A stretch of DNA of 32,000 bases from Dickeya solani IPO 2222. GTDB lineage: Bacteria > Pseudomonadota > Gammaproteobacteria > Enterobacterales > Enterobacteriaceae. Positions within the stretch are counted from its first letter, which is position 1, and each line of letters starts with the position of its first letter. A program made the position numbers and the translations under genes. This document shows positions 31,506 through 32,000 of the stretch, one piece after another. Location: positions 1,410,001 through 1,442,000 of the forward strand of contig NZ_CP015137.1 of assembly GCF_001644705.1 (NCBI RefSeq), in the 5' to 3' direction. A model generated the notes under the pieces. The model made no database searches. It saw only the letters and a program-made list of their open reading frames with translations, and was not told the DNA's origin.

Positions 31506-31655
31506 ATGAACCAATCTTTCTATTCTGACAAGGGGGACAAACAATTTTCTTTGAGCCACGCAGACTTCTTTGAGCCACGCAGACGCCCGGTAAGTGGTTT
31601 CATCCGTCAGCCATCACCGACCCCGCCACACTCTGACGATGACGTAAAAACTTAA
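31506..31655 (+). CDS. possible small ORF (49 aa, MNQSFYSDKGDKQFSLSHADFFEPRRRPVSGFIRQPSPTPPHSDDDVKT)
   Basis: It is below the ORF-track size cutoff. The ATG is preceded by AGAGGG with a 7-nt spacer. No homologue recognised. The reading frame depends on the 19-bp duplication inside it. Confidence 0.25.
   Translation: MNQSFYSDKGDKQFSLSHADFFEPRRRPVSGFIRQPSPTPPHSDDDVKT
31547..31584 (+). repeat. perfect tandem duplication, 2 x 19 bp (TTCTTTGAGCCACGCAGAC)
   Basis: Read directly: 31547-31565 and 31566-31584 are identical. Confidence 0.95.
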
Positions 31656-32000
31656 TATTGCCTGACTTTTGAAATAAGGAAGCGCTGTCCTATTTCAGAG
31701 CATACTATCCATAGAGAGTAAACGATAAGAATTCTTATTCTCGAACATGGCAAATAGGAAAATCACCACTAAAAAAAGTCTGTCATTGCTGTAAAATAAT
31801 GACTTAACCTGTAAAATCGGGACAGTAAAAGATAGGTACTGAACATAGACGATGCAGGCGCATCTGCTTGATATATATAAACCCCATACAATTCAGAGCT
31901 TTGGCAACTGTGAGCCAAGGGCGGTAGCTTGTCTGAATTAATATATCCCCAAGCGATTCGAAAAACCCTTTTTCGAACGGAAAATAATCAAGGTTATTAC

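Overview
This window is densely packed, almost entirely housekeeping chromosomal DNA from an Enterobacterales genome. The proteins align by eye nearly end to end with E. coli K-12 orthologues. G+C is roughly 55-60 %, so a Pectobacteriaceae-like host is a guess I cannot verify.

Gene order (< minus strand, > plus strand): pgk(5' tip) < epd < tktA < tsgA < speA | ERIC | metK > sprT > endA > enlarged ERIC, rsmE > gshB > yqgE > ruvX > | < fbp | mpl > | < purA < yjeT < hflC < hflK < hflX < hfq < miaA < mutL < amiB < tsaE < nnr < orphan ORF | queG > | DnaA-box cluster (datA-like) | < tRNA-Gly(GCC) | AT-rich non-coding DNA with a small ORF and repeats.

I saw no IS element, integrase, phage gene, CRISPR array, toxin-antitoxin pair or recognisable defence gene. 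I do not see a multi-gene novel system and judge the region to be mostly ordinary core genome.

Items worth a second look:
- A lower-GC 209-aa orphan ORF sits between the normally adjacent nnr and queG, with a perfect 20-bp palindrome in its promoter region.
- A datA-like pair of perfect DnaA boxes with an IHF-like site lies between queG and tRNA-Gly.
- Two ERIC elements are present: one probably inside the metK leader, the other carrying a 72-bp internal insertion.
- A perfect 19-bp tandem duplication shifts the frame of a small SD-preceded ORF upstream of the tRNA.
- Operator-like sites (Cra, PurR, MetJ-like) sit where E. coli biology predicts them.

All homology statements rest on my memory of E. 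coli proteins. No searches were run.
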